This document shows, piece after piece, positions 13,578 through 26,612 of a stretch of 64,000 bases of DNA. The position numbers and the translations under genes were made by a program. The number at the start of each line of letters is the position of its first letter. The stretch's first letter is position 1. A model generated the notes under the pieces. The model was not told the origin of the DNA. It saw nothing but the letters and a program-made list of their open reading frames with translations, and made no database searches. The DNA is from Chiloscyllium plagiosum. Its lineage: Eukaryota. The DNA lies in NCBI RefSeq assembly GCF_004010195.1, contig NC_057718.1:96788138-96852137 (forward strand), in the 5' to 3' direction.

Positions 13578-13890
13578 CCCCTACAGTATGGAAACAGGCC
13601 ATTTGGCCCAACAAGTCCACACAACCCTCTGAAGTGTAACCTACCCAGACCCACTCCTCTACGTTTACCCCTGACTAATGCACCTAACACTATGGGCAAT
13701 TTAGCATGGCTAATCCACCCAACCTGCTCATCTTCAGATTGTGGGAGGAAACCAGAGCACCTGGAGGAAGCCCACGCAGACATGGGGAGAATGTGCAAAC
13801 TCCACACAGTCGCCTCAGGCAGGAATTGAACCCAGTTCACTGGCGCTGTGAGGCAGCAGTGCTAACCACTGAGCCACTGTGCCACCCCAG
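13578..13890 (-). mobile_element. HE1-type SINE
   Basis: Same consensus. An oppositely oriented partial copy lies at 12463-12690. Confidence 0.85.
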
Positions 13891-14052
13891 AACTGGCATG
13901 GGTTGGTGGGTTTAATTGTGATTTCCCTTGAAATAATTGCACAGATGCCAGTATCCCATCACAATTCACCCTTCATTTACATGTACGACACTGATCCAGC
14001 TCCCTCAGAGCCAGCTCTCAGAGTGAACAGAACCTCAGACATTCCTGTTTGT

Positions 14053-14370
14053 TTTTTTTTATTTATTTTTTTCTTTCTTTTTTTTTCTTTTTTTTGTGCA
14101 GGTGTGAGACACAGTGAAAGACACAAAGTGCACGAATCTTTATTCAAATTCCACCACCAGGAAGATAGGAAAACACCTGGGTGGCCAGTGACAAACACTG
14201 TCCTTCACATCAAAGGGCAGTGCTGTGTGATCAAAACAGTGAAGGGGAGGGTAGGGACTAAATCAAAATAGAATTGGAGGGAGAAATGATGCACTCCACT
14301 CCCTGCGGCGCCCACCTCTCCCTGAACAACTCCAAGGTGTTGGTCGACACCGCGTGCTCCTTCTCCAAGG
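14053..14370 (-). mobile_element. Tx1/L1-clade LINE 3' end, 5'-truncated, with poly(A) and 16-bp TSD
   Basis: Minus strand SLEKEHAVSTNTLELFRERWAPQGVECIISPSNSILI*, with an FxxRW C-terminus as in Tx1 ORF2. AATAAA and an A-rich tail follow. TSD agacattcctgtttgt at 14037-14052 and 14371-14386. Confidence 0.75.
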
Positions 14371-15481
14371 AGACATTCCTGTTTGTATCTGTCAGCCAGG
14401 GCTCCCTGATTGGACCAGGTTAACAGCCCCAATCAGGAAACTCAGATTCTATGATGTCCAAAAACAGAGGGTTCTGAAAAAGCTCAGCAGGTCTCGCAGT
14501 ACCTGTGAAGAGAACTCCAAGTTAACATTTCAGATCTAGTGACCCTTCCTCAGAAATGAAGGAAAATGTCAGTTTATATACAAAATATAGGGTTGGGGCA
14601 TGGTGGGAGATTGTGGGCAGGAAGAAAACAATAGGTGGGGATAGAAGCCAAAGAGAGAGAAGAACAGTTGGACAGACAAAGGAGTGGTTAACGATCTGGC
14701 TAGGAGGGTGACTAGCTATTAATGGAGACTGATAGTGGCCAACAATTGGAAGTGTGTAATCTCATTTACTCCATTTTCACCTTACCCGTAACTCTTCATT
14801 ATATTTTCTGGCTTAACATTAGTTTCAGCTTTCTTTTATGGGTTCGGGCCTAAAAATTGTCTCCCTTTTAAGAGCCTCACCAAGTCCCATTTAATCAGCA
14901 AATGGATGGGCTTTCCTTCTCTCAGAGGGTTATGAATCTTTCGAATCCTCTACACAAGAGCACTGCGGAGGCAGGGTCATTGAACACAGAAAAGGTTGAG
15001 ATGGAATTTTTGAACTATGGGCAAGTCAAGGGTTACGGAGAGCTGGCACTTAAATGGAGTCAAGGGGAAGACTGGAATGGTGGAGCAGAATCAAAGTAGC
15101 ATATGGACTACTCCAATCCTATTTCTTATACACTTATTTTATTAAATGGGTATTACAGAAACTCACCCTCTGCAGGACAATCTATGACGAGTTTTGAGGG
15201 TGGGCCTGGTAACCTGAGCATGACTTTTTTTTTGAAAACGAGTACAAACAATGGTGCAGAAACTTCATGTGTGCTGGGAGTCATTAGTGCTGGAAATTCC
15301 ATGAGATCTTTGGCTGTTACGGGTGAACCGCGCTGGAAACAATTTCCCGCCAATCAAGGTAGGCCCTGAGATTCAGCAAATTTCCCATTGGATCGTTGAC
15401 AATGTATGAAGGAAATGATTATGTAATGAGCATTGCAATGCAAGTCACTTTGAAAAGAACTCAGCTGACAACAAAAATTAC

Positions 15482-15633
15482 CTTTCACAGTCGCCACTTC
15501 ACCTTCTGGATGTGCCATCCTTTGCATGGCAGTGGCAGATACACAAATGGGCATGTTGATTCTCTGACCCAAGACAGTCACCGACAAATCCACTTTTGAC
15601 ACGTCCCTGAGCACCCTGGGACATAGACTCCAT
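15482..15633 (-). CDS. HAO1: HAO1 coding exon 2
   Basis: Acceptor ttcttag|A. Encodes (R)[50 protein letters not shown]. Donor G|GTAATT; 152 nt, phases fit exons 1 and 3. Confidence 0.95.
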
Positions 15634-16019
15634 CTAAGAAGACAGATAGGAGAATTAGAATCCATGTGCAGTTCTGGTCCATGGCATAACGATTTGCTAC
15701 ACCAGAGGATAATTGGCATCAGCCGTTGGCCTCCCATTTTGGGAGGTCGCCAATGGTTTTCCTCAGGGAACTGGAATCGAGCAGTTGCCAAGATCAGTTA
15801 ACATGAGTTCAAATCCCATCATACCTGGAGAGTGAGTAATAAATAAACTGTAAAATAAAATGCAGATGACCCAGAGTGTTGCAGAACATGGTTGGCTCCT
15901 TTAAGGAAGGAAATCTACCAGCCTGACCTGTTCTGGCCTACATGTGACTCTGCACTCACAACAACGTGGTTAACTCTTGATTACCCTAGGAAATGGCCAA
16001 ATATGCCATTCAGTTAGGG

Positions 16020-17432
16020 TCATAGAGTCTTAGAGATGTACAGCATGGAAACCGACCCCAATTTGTCCATGCCGACCAGGTATCTCAACCCAATCTAGTC
16101 CCACCTGCCAGCATCCAGCCCATATTCCTCCAAACCCTTCCTATTCAGATACCCAACCAGATGCCTCTTAAATGTTGCAATTGTACTAGCCTCCACCACT
16201 TCTTCTGGCAGCTCATTCCATACATGTACCACTCTCTTCGTGAAAAGGTTACCCCTTAAGTCTCTTTTATATCTTCTCCCCTCTCACCCTAAACCTATAG
16301 CCTCTAGTTCTGGACTCCCCAAACCCAGGAAAAAGACATTGCCTATTTATCCTATCCATGCCCTTCATGATTTTGTAAACCTCTGTAAGGTCACCCATCA
16401 GCCTCCAATGCTCCAGGGAAAACAGCCCCAGCCTATTCAACCTCTCCCTATAGCTCAAACCCTCGAACCTGGCAACATCCTTGTAGATCTTTTCTGAACC
16501 CTTTCAAGTTTCACAATATCTTTCCAATACCAAGGAGACCAGAACTACGCACAATATTCCAAAAGTGGCCTAACCAATTACCTGTACAGCTGCAACATGA
16601 CCTTCTAACTCCTGTACTCAATACTCTGACCAACAAAGGAAAGCATACCAAACGCTTTCTTCACTATTGTATCTACCTGTGACTCTACTATCAAGGAGCT
16701 ATGAACCTGCACTCCAAGGTCTCTTTGTTCAGCAACACTCCCTAGGACCTTACCATAAAGTGTATAAATCCTGCCGAGATTTGCTTTCCCAAAATGCAGC
16801 ACCTTGCATTTATCTAAAATAAACTCCATCTGCCACTCCTCAGCCCATTGGCCCATCTGATCAAGATCCTGTTGTAATCTGAGGTAACCTTCTTCACTGT
16901 CCACTCCACCTCCAATTTTGGTCTCATCTGCAAACTTACTAACCATACCTCTTGTCCTTACATCCAAATCATTTATATAAATTAAGAAAAGTAGAGGACC
17001 CAGCACCGATCCTTGTGGCACTCCACTGGTCATAGGCCTCCAGTCTGAAAAGCAACCTCCACCACCACCCTCTGTCTTCTACCTTTGAGCCAGTTCTGTA
17101 TCCAAATGGTTAGTTCTCCCTGTATTCCATGAGATCTAACCTTGCTCACCATTCTCCCATGGGGAACCTTGTTGAACGCCTTACTGAAGTCCATATAGAT
17201 CACGTCTACCACTTTCCCCTCATCAAACATCTTCAAAAAACTCAAGTTTGTGAGACATGACTTCCCACGCACAAAGCCATGTTGACCATCCCTAATCAGT
17301 CCTTGCCTTTCCAAATACATGTACATCCTGTCCCTCAGGATTCCCTCCAACAACTTGCCCACCACCGAGGTCAGGCTCACCGGTCTATAGTTCCCTGGCT
17401 TGTCCTTACCACCTTTCTTAAACAGTGGCACC
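16020..17432 (-). mobile_element. CR1 (HER1-like) LINE, 5'-truncated, RT region
   Basis: PLFKKGGKDKPGNYRPVSLTSVVGKLLE, QHGFVRGKSCLTNL, SGVPQGSVLGPLLFLIYINDL, KFADETK, ERLNRLGLFSLE. 3' tail with (TCTATGAC)-like repeat. Confidence 0.95.
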
Positions 17433-18294
17433 CGGTGGCTGAACCAGCCTCTCAGAGGCAATCACAGTAGGGAGTAAATGCTTGTCTTGCCAGTGTAGCC
17501 CAGACGCTGCCAATGAACACTGGCTAAAAAAAAAAACTAATGGGAAGCACCCAAGAATTGGAAGGATGCCAATTCTTCCTTAGACATTTCTGAGAATTAG
17601 TTTTGTTGTCACATGAGTACAGTGAAAAGTTTACAAGTCGCTACCAATGGTGCCATCTTAGGTACAAAGGTACCTGGGTACAGATTCTTAGGGAAAAGTA
17701 AATAGAAAAATAAAGGAGTAAAAAGTTCAGAATAACTACAGCAGTGGAGTGGAGTATCCCTGTACCTCCAGCAGCTACTGAGCATTCTGCTGGGCCTGGG
17801 TTTCCAAAGCAACCACCAACCTGTCCATGGAGCAGGGCAGATGCATAAATATTGGAACACAGTACTGATCCTCCAATCTTCAATCCAGTTTCCTCAGCAT
17901 CTCTGGTAAACCTGCCTGAGGTTCCTGTAACTGTCTGTGCATTTGCAGAAAGACACAGGGTCATTGTCTACTTTGAGGTGAGCAGATGATGCTCCAGCCA
18001 CCACCCTATTTTTAATTTTTTGTAATTATCTCTCTGCCTCAATTAATCAGATTATAGGTCATCCCTTCACCTGTTATTCAGCTGTTGACACTTTACTCAC
18101 ACAGTCTGACACTCTTGATCACCCGCGGAGACCTATTATTCGGCCTGTCGACACTCCACTCACACCAGTTGTATGATCTTCTGGTCTCTCTGCCTATAAA
18201 TTCTACATGCTTTTCTTCTTTTTACCTGACAAAGGGGAAGTGCTCCGTAAGCTTGTGATTTCAAATAAACCTGTTGGACTACAGAACGTAGAAC

Positions 18295-19005
18295 ATCACA
18301 GCTCAGTATAGGCCCTTTGGCTCTTGATGTTGCACCGCCATGTGAAATCAATCTGAAGCCCATCTAACCTGCGCTATTCCATTTTCATCCATATTCTATC
18401 CAATGACCATTTAAATGCCCTTAAGTTTGGCGAGGCTACTACTGTTGCAGGCAGGGCGTTCCACACCCTTCTTACTCTCTGAGTAAAGAACATCCCTCTG
18501 AAATCTGTCCTATATCTATCACCCCTCAATATAAAGCTATGTGCCCTCATGTTAGCCTTCACCATCTGAGGAAAAAAGGTCCTCACTGTCCACCCTATCT
18601 AATCCTCTAATCATCTTGTATGTCTCTATTAAGTCACTTCTTAACCTCCTTCCCTCTAATGAAAACAGCCTCAAATCCCTCATAAGACCTTCCCTCCATT
18701 CCAGGCAACATCCTGGTAAATCTCCTCTGCACCCTTTCCAACGCTTCCACATCCTTCCTATAACGCGGTGACCAGAGCTATACACAATACTGCAAGTGCA
18801 GCCGCACCAGAGTTTTGTACAGCTGTAGCATGATCTCATGGCTCTGAAGCTCAACCCTTGCATCAATAAAAGCTAACACAACTTATACCTTCTTAACAAC
18901 CCTATCAACCATGGTGGCAACTTTCAGGGATCCTTGTACACGGATGCCAAAATCTCTCTGCTCATCCACACTACCAAGAATGTTACCATTAGCCCAGTAC
19001 TCTGT
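18295..19005 (-). mobile_element. CR1 LINE 3' fragment
   Basis: LRLFSLEGRRLRSDLIETYKMIRGLDRVDSE; FFTQRVRRVWNALP. Confidence 0.9.
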
Positions 19006-19924
19006 ATAACCCGGTGTCGTGTGACTTCTGACATTGTCCACCCCAGTCCAACCCTGGGCACCTCAACATCAGAATGCCAGCGACCTGGGGTGTTTTCTCC
19101 TTGACCAGCTGTGGAGATGTGAATGTGACGTGTTCACCAGAATGTGTTCCTCCTCTGGAAGTGAATGACAGATGGTTGGAACCCGACCCACCAGACGTCT
19201 CAAAATGGATTGTTTCTGCTTCCGAAACCAATTGTTAAGACTGAGTTAGGCTTCCCAAGTCAGCCTGCTCACCTGCACCAGGAGAGGGTTTGCTCTATTA
19301 AAGGAAAAATACAGGTGAAGGCACATTCTGCACAACCAACATGCTGTCCACCTGAGAGTTTTGCAGCCAATTGCCTTAAAACCCTGCAGTCAACCAATAT
19401 TTAAAATAGAGACAGATAGGTTCTTGATTTGCCCAGGGGATCAAAGGTTATGGTGAGAAAACAGGAGAATAGGGTTGAGAAAGATGTCAGCCATGATTGA
19501 GTGGTGGAGCCGATTCGATGGGCCGAATGGCCTAATTTCTGCTCCTATGTTTTATGGTCTAATAAAGCAACAGCTGCATTGGAGAGAATGATTACTTGCA
19601 TGAAGATTTTATTTGATGATTGTTGCTAGACCATCTCTCAGCACATCCTGTTTACAATTCCATAATAAAAATAACATTACAATATTTGAATTGAAGAGAA
19701 AATAGTTTCAGTCCAAAGAGCCGTGGTTACAAACGATAGCTTCAGATCTCCTATCCAAGTGGAGATGGGTCCATTTGTTTGGGTCAATGAGCAGGCAAGG
19801 GAAGCCTATTTAATTTTACTTTTTTTTGGACTGTGTTACATCCCCTATTGGTGAAGTGTATGGAAGCAAAGGGAGCTGCAAGTATCCCTGATAATAACTG
19901 CCTCAAAGATTGATGGATATCATT

Positions 19925-20610
19925 AAATATGCCAAGTCTCAGGTCTGATGCTACATTTTGGGAAGGCAAATCAGGGCAGGATTCATACACTTAATGGTAA
20001 GGTCCTGGGGAGTGTTGCTGAACAAAGAGACCTTGGAGTGCAGGTTCATAGCTCCTTGAAAGTGGAGTTGCAGGTAGATAGGATAGTGAAGAAGGCGTTT
20101 AGGAGTTGTACAGGTCATTGGTAAGGCCACTTTTGGAATATTGTGTGTAATTCTGGTCTCCTTCCAATCGGAAGGATGTTGTGAAACTTGAAAGGATTCA
20201 GAAAAGATTTACAAGGATGTTGCCAGGGTTGGACGATTTGAGCTACAAGGAGAAGCTGAATAGGCTGGGGCTGTTTTCCCTGGAGTGTTGGAGGCTGAGG
20301 GGTGACCTTATAGATGTTTATAAAATCTTGAGGTGTATGGATAGCATAAATAAACAAAGTCTTTTCCCATGGTTAATGAAGTCCAGAACTAGAGCACATG
20401 GGTGAGAAGGGAAAGATTTAAAAGGGACTGAAGGGGCAACATTTTCACTCAGAGGGTGGTACGTGTATGGAATGTGCTGCTAGAGGAAGTGGTGGAGGCT
20501 GGTACAATTACAACATTTAAAGGGCATCTGGATAGTTACCTGTATAGGAAGGGTTGAGAGGGATATGGGCCAAGTGCTGGCAAATGGGACTAGATCATTT
20601 TAGGATATCT
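19925..20610 (+). mobile_element. CR1 LINE 3' fragment
   Basis: KLERIQKRFTRMLPGLDDLSYKEKLNRLGLFSLE; same family as 16020-17432. Confidence 0.9.
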
Positions 20611-21409
20611 GAGAGGCATAGAGTCACAGAGACATACAGCATGGAAACAGACCCTTCAGTCCAACTCGTCTATGGTCCAAGAGCAGGGGGGAACATGACT
20701 TGGATAGCATCTTTTCAGGCAGCACGGATACAAAGGGCCAAATAGCCTCCTTCTGTGGGCATTTCTATGGTGATGCCTTTGAGGAACTATCTCATTGTTG
20801 CAGTGGGACTATTAAAAACACTGAAGGCTGGCAATATAGTTTGATATTTGGTTGAGCAATGAGTTCAAGAGAACTATTAATTTTGACATTAAGTAACAGT
20901 TCCTTCAAGTGTGGCGTTTTGTCTGGGTCAGAAGGGAGACTCCATTTTGGTCTATAAACCCACATTGTTAGGCTGTCATATGCTGTTAGATCGATGTCTT
21001 CATTGTTCTTCACAAGGGAGTAGTGCAGGCTGGAACAAGCAGTGTTTATCTAGGAGGGGGATTGTGTAACATTTCAGGTCAATAGCCTCGTCAAAAGTAC
21101 TGAACAGTTCTTGCTAGCCCCCAACTTAAACATGTAGTCCGTCATCAGAGAGGGCAGTCCCACCACCTGCTGCTCCATCTCCTCCATGTGCAATCCTCTT
21201 CAGATAGCACTATTCCACTTCATACATCAATGCTACCGTAACAGTTCAGACTCTGTAGGCTATACCAAAGCGATCACCCTAACCGAGTCAGGCACCCAGA
21301 GCATTGTTTTAAGAGACTAGTCGCATGCCTGGTCATTATCCCAGTGATTATGCAGAGGGCTGCTGGGGAAACAGAAAAGTGTCATTGACCATTGATTAGA
21401 GAGGTTAAA

Positions 21410-22570
21410 CAATACTTACTACCCACACCTCCACTTCTTGCCTTTAAATCACCACCAAATCTCAAACAGACCATTGTTTGCAGCAAACTGCCCAGTCTAC
21501 AGGACAACATTGATCACGACACTGTCACAGCAGACGATGCAAGACGTTTCAGAATGTCAACACGGATACCACCATTACACATGGGGACACCACCCACCAT
21601 GTACATGGCAGGTACTCATGTGACTCAGCCAACATTGTCCATCTCATACACTGCAGGCAGGGATGCCCTCAGACATGGTATATTGGTGAGACTGAGCAGA
21701 GGCTACGACAATGGATGAATGGACACCACACAACAATCACCAGGCAGGAGTGTTCCTTCCCAGTCGGGGCACAATTCAGTGGTCCAGGGCATTCAACGTC
21801 AGACCTTCGGGTGACCATCCTCCAAGGCAAATTTAGGTTTAGACGACAACACAAAGTGGCTTAGCAGAGGCTGATAGCAAAGTTCAATACCCATGGGGAT
21901 GGCCTCAACCAGGACCTTAGGTTCACGTCACACTACAGATGACCTCACTGCACTACACAGTCACACACACACAGATCTGCTCTCAAAAACAAGCTCTCTC
22001 GCATACACTCACACATACACCTCCCACATTCACACCCATACCATCTCATAGACTTATACCCCATTACACACACACACACTCACACCCACATGCACACATT
22101 CACTCAGTCACCCCTGCACACACACATGGAAAAGTTTGTGGGGTGAATGTGTACTTGCAGAATTGTATTTTATTTTGCTCAAAAACTGCATAAATCCCTG
22201 TAAGATTCCGTAAATCCCACTTTAGAAATAGAATCAGTCTGACCTAACAATCTGACACAGACAGACTTTAACCTCACACCTTCAATCTGAGCATTATCTG
22301 AGCTGAGATGGCACCTATCGTTAAATCTACCTTGAAAATGTAATTTTAAAATAGTGCTGGGATTTACTTCTGAAGGAACCAAAACTAACATGATCATTCT
22401 GAAAGATAAAAGACTTCAGCTAAAGTTGTTTAACACTGCATTCCATAGCACAGCAATCCTGTTGCTATAAATTCTGTGTCTTATGATAAGTCATCTCCAC
22501 AACCACCTGAAGAATGAGATTTTTAATTTGATCCACCCTAGTCCAATACCGGCACCTCCAAATTCTCCAA
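21410..22570 (+). mobile_element. Penelope-like retroelement, GIY-YIG endonuclease region and 3' end
   Basis: PPLLAFKSPPNLKQTIV and WYIGETEQRLRQWMNGHHTTI (GIY-YIG). The tail ends in ttgctataaattctgtgtctt...caaccacctgaaga, shared with the family B palindromic elements. Confidence 0.85.
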
Positions 22571-22679
22571 ATTCACTCAATCATTCCTTATCAAGTGATA
22601 GAGTGGCTGGTTGGTGAAGGATGAGAGATGAGCTGTGCCACACTATGGCAGTGATCATTGGTAACTCTTGTATACATGG

Positions 22680-23320
22680 TGTTATGGATCAGGCCAGACA
22701 CCTGCAAAACATTTTAAGAAGATAGCCTAGACCCTAACTTTTCTTTATTTTTAAAGGTAGATGTGAAGTGGGTGTTCTAGAAGCGACTCATCAAACTACT
22801 CAACGTTAAGCAAAACACAGTTTATTTAAACCCTGTAATTAAAATACAACCAAAGAAAGAGGAATTTAGCATAACTTAACTCTATTGGAAAACTTAACAG
22901 AATAATAGATTCAGTAACTATTACTAATTAACTGTTCCAATACAGTAACATCCCATACACACAACCCTTAGCAAAAGCGAAAAGGAAAATTCAGCCACAG
23001 ATTCTCACATGCAGTTCTCCAACCCAGGAGGAAAAGAAATCAAGAGAAAATTCAGAGACAATAACAGCCAGGAGACAGACACTGAAGCTTTGAACTCTGT
23101 TGAGACCCCAGTAGCTTCTGATGCTACTGAAGAAACCAAAACCTAGAAATCTGGATCACTGTGGGAGCCAGATACACCCACTAGAGCTGTCTTAAAAAAC
23201 CTAAGGCCTCCCAAACTGTTTACGCAAGTCTTCGTTAGTCAGCTCAGCACCTCTGCCTTACAACCTTTCTTCACAAAAGAAAACAGGACAAAATAACCTC
23301 TGAAAGTGACAGCATCATCA
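22680..23320. mobile_element. Possible solo LTR
   Basis: Begins TGTTATG and ends CATCATCA; about 640 bp, non-coding, with an internal poly(A)-signal-like TTTATT. No clear TSD. Confidence 0.35.
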
Positions 23321-23947
23321 TGATGCAATGGAATCTCTCCTCATTAAGAAATGTAGTTGGTTGCTTTTATGGGACTCTGATAGTTTCAGAAGAGCAGACA
23401 ACAACCTTTGGTTACAAGGGAAATCAATCACTGAGGCAATTCTCAAAACCCTCTCGTCCTGACCAATAGCACTCACTAGGAACATATATAGTTGGAGACC
23501 TTGGTTTTAGTGGCCCTAGAGTATGGGCCATTGTTAAAATTAGATTAGATTCCCTACAGTGTGGAAACAGGGCATTTGGCACAACCAGTCCACACCAACC
23601 CTTCAAAGAGTAACCCACCCAGACCCATACCCTTACATTTACCACTGACTAATGGACCTAACCTACATATCCCTGAACACTATGGGCACTATCGGAGTCA
23701 CTACCGGATTCGAAACATTGACTCTGTTTCTCTCTAGATACACCTGTTGAGTTTCTCTGACACTTTCCGTCTTTATTTTGGATTTCCATTGTCCACAGAA
23801 TTTTGCTCATTTTGTTCATGAAACAGAATTCTGTCCTTGCCCTGCTCCTATGTACCTCTGATCAAACATCAATGCAAACTGAAGGAACAGCACCACATCC
23901 TTCAGATAGTCACTTCACAGCGCTCTGTCTGGAGTTAGACACAGTTC

Positions 23948-24269
23948 TTACATTACATTTACATTACATTACAGTACATTACAGTGTGGAAACAGGCCCT
24001 TCGGCCCAACAAGTCCACACCGACCCGCCGAAGCGCAACCCACCCATACCCCTACATTTACCCCTTACTTAACACTACGGGCAATTTAGCATGGCCAATT
24101 CACCTGACCTGCACATCTTTGGACTGTGGGAGGAAACCGGAGCACCCGGAGGAAACCCACGCAGACACGGGGAGAACGTGCAAACTCCACACAGTCAGTC
24201 GCCTGAGGCGGGAAATGAACCTGGATCTCCGGCGCTGTGAGGCAGCAGTGCTAACCACTGTGCCACCGT
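23948..24269 (-). mobile_element. Young HE1-type SINE
   Basis: Highly similar to the copies at 35557 and 59663; (TGTAA)n tail. Confidence 0.9.
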
Positions 24270-24779
24270 AGGCTAAAGGGCTAAAGGGATCAAAGGCTGT
24301 GGAGAGAACATGGGAACCAAGTTCAATGATCAGCTGTGATCATTCTGAAAGGTGGAGCAAGCTCAATAGGCAGAATTCCTGCTTGTATTTCCTATGTTTC
24401 TGCATTTATAAGTTCTGGAGAAGTGTCTTACTGGACTTGAAACGTTAATCTGTTTCTCCCTCCACAGATGCTGCCAGACCTGCTGAGTTTCACCAGCAAT
24501 CTCTGTGTTGGTTAAATGATCCTTCTACATGTCAATACAATGCCAGCTCCACTGTCAGTGTTATCATCTTCGTGCCACTCTGTGAGTTGTTTGAAAGATT
24601 CACACCAGCACAGCACGAAATTCCCTTTCAGGGAGAAGGGTACAGAGCACTTTAGATTTTCTAGAAAACCAGGTGGGGGCTGGACCACAGAAGTTGCTGG
24701 ATGAGAGTATTACACCTTTTATAGAAAACACACCACTTTCATCATAGCAAGCCCCTCCAAACACAGCGTAATGATGACC

Positions 24780-25010
24780 CAATGAACCACCTTTACGACA
24801 CTGGTCAAGGGATAGATATTGACTGAGGAAACCTTCTCTGCTCTTTGAAATAATCGACTGGGAGTCTTCCCCTGAGTGGGCAGGGAGGCAGGGGCAGCAT
24901 CAGTGACAGTGCAGCACTCCCTCTGCACTGCACCGGGCTGCCCGTTCCTGGTCGGCCCAAAGTCTCTGGAATAGTTCTCGACCTGCAACTCTCTGAACTG
25001 GAGGCAACAG
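24780..25010 (-). mobile_element. DeuSINE-type (AmnSINE1/SacSINE1-related) SINE remnant in HAO1 intron 1
   Basis: Minus strand gtgcagtgcagagggagtgctgcactgtc resembles the Deu central domain. A similar remnant lies at about 60120-60380. Confidence 0.5.
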
Positions 25011-25964
25011 CGAACTGGACCAGATCGGTTCCAAAGGCTGTCGACAACTTAATAAAGTCCGAGGGGAGAACGTTCAAGCAGTTGGGGGAGGGGATCGCTG
25101 GCAAGAAAGCATGAGGGCAGAAAGACAACCATCTGAGACAAGGTCAAGAGCTCAAGCAGTAGTACCGAGCAATATTGTGGGAATGATGTTCCAGCCATCA
25201 ACACTCCCAGGAGCAACGCCAATGAAACAATATTTGTTTGAAGTTTGAGGTAGCATGAGCAAAGGAGCAGGAAGCAAAATTGCTTTAACAATATTTTGGA
25301 AAAGCTGGATTGAGGGCGGAATCCTGAGAGGAGCAGCCGTTGGGCTGCAGTTGTGTCAGCATTTCAGAGTTTTAATTTACTCTTCCTTTCTCACGGTGCT
25401 TGTATTTTATTCACAATTGCAGGATCAACTAAATTTACTTTTATTGTCCTTAGCTAAATGTTCATTTGTCTCCCGTAGCTGGATGCTTGAAAAGGGCCAA
25501 AGTCAGCCACCAAACGGAGTTAAGACCCTTCAGTACGTGACTTGTAATTCCAGCTAAACTATTGGACAAAGTGGTCAGCAATGCACAAATTGGGGGCAAT
25601 TGCAACCAAACCATTTTAATGTCTGCACATGAAATTATTCCAGCCAGTATCTTACCAAGGCTTCAAACATGAAACAGGTAGTACCAAAGTTGAAGTTCAG
25701 AACAATGTCAATAATTAGTACGGAGCACCCACTGCTGTGTAAAAACTGTGATTTCTAACCAACCCATAAAATATCAAGAGAGGCTACAAATCAATGTATA
25801 CGTTTACATGCCCAAACAGACAGACTCAAAATGCAAATTGTTTTATCCATTCAATCTTTCCTGATGTTTAGTTTTTTTAAGAAAATTGCCTTAGGTTTAA
25901 CAGAATTTCGAAACGCTAACATTGACAAAATCAATCAAGATGATCAAGAACTTCTAAAAAATAC

Positions 25965-26101
25965 CTTGAGAAAGCAGCCACGTTGTCCCTTAATGTCTGT
26001 TGTTCATCTGCTCCTGAACGGTAATAATCATATACTGCTTTCGGAAGAATCTCCTTTGCATGTTGCTCGAAATCATTAATGCACACTGGTTTGCTCAGCA
26101 T
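25965..26101 (-). CDS. HAO1: Hydroxyacid oxidase 1 (glycolate oxidase), coding exon 1
   Basis: ATG at 26101 gives [45 protein letters not shown](R), matching the HAO1 N-terminus (human MLPRLICINDYEQHAK...YDYYRSGA). Donor AG|GTAT at 25965/25964; 137 nt, phase 2. Confidence 0.95.
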
Positions 26102-26181
26102 TCTTCTCAATTGGGCTTGTGGTACAGGCAAATACAGTCTGCCTGGACACGACAATACACTGCACTCTGTCCTCCTACATA

Positions 26182-26194
26182 GTTAACGTTTAAC
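26182..26194. promoter_or_regulatory. HNF1-like palindromic site in the HAO1 proximal promoter
   Basis: GTTAACGTTTAAC vs HNF1 consensus GTTAATNATTAAC (2 mismatches), about 80 bp upstream of the ATG of a liver-expressed gene. Confidence 0.55.
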
Positions 26195-26612
26195 TCTCAG
26201 GTTGACAGTGGAGTACATCATTGCTTATTGACATGCCAACGCAAAAGAGAAGCAAGCATACGTTCACCTACAGTTGCAAAAAACTTATGTAGACACATTC
26301 TGAGTAGGTAGTCCATTCAAGAGCCCCAAGCACTGGCCTCTGTTAGGTTTAAGACACCGTTGATTGCAAAGGCAAGAGGAAATTGATTTTACAGGTCTGT
26401 GATCAACATCCTGGGGTTACCATTGACCAGAAACCAGACTGGACTAACCACCACCTGTGGCTACAAGAACAAGACAGAGGGACCACGACCGTTGACATGA
26501 CATTTTAATGCCGTGGAGCAAGGAAGCCAATGTGCTGTAGCCAATTTTGCATACAAAATAGGTGGAAAGGCAAGTTGTGAGAGAGACACAAACAGTTTAG
26601 ACAGAGATTGGT

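Noticed and set aside
26102..26155. N-terminal extension MSCPGRLYL... of HAO1 in the ORF track
   Set aside because: Starts at TTG; homology begins at the ATG at 26101.
26150..26175. CAGTGT upstream of HAO1 as an iron-responsive element
   Set aside because: The flanks do not form the 5-bp upper stem with bulged C required for an IRE.
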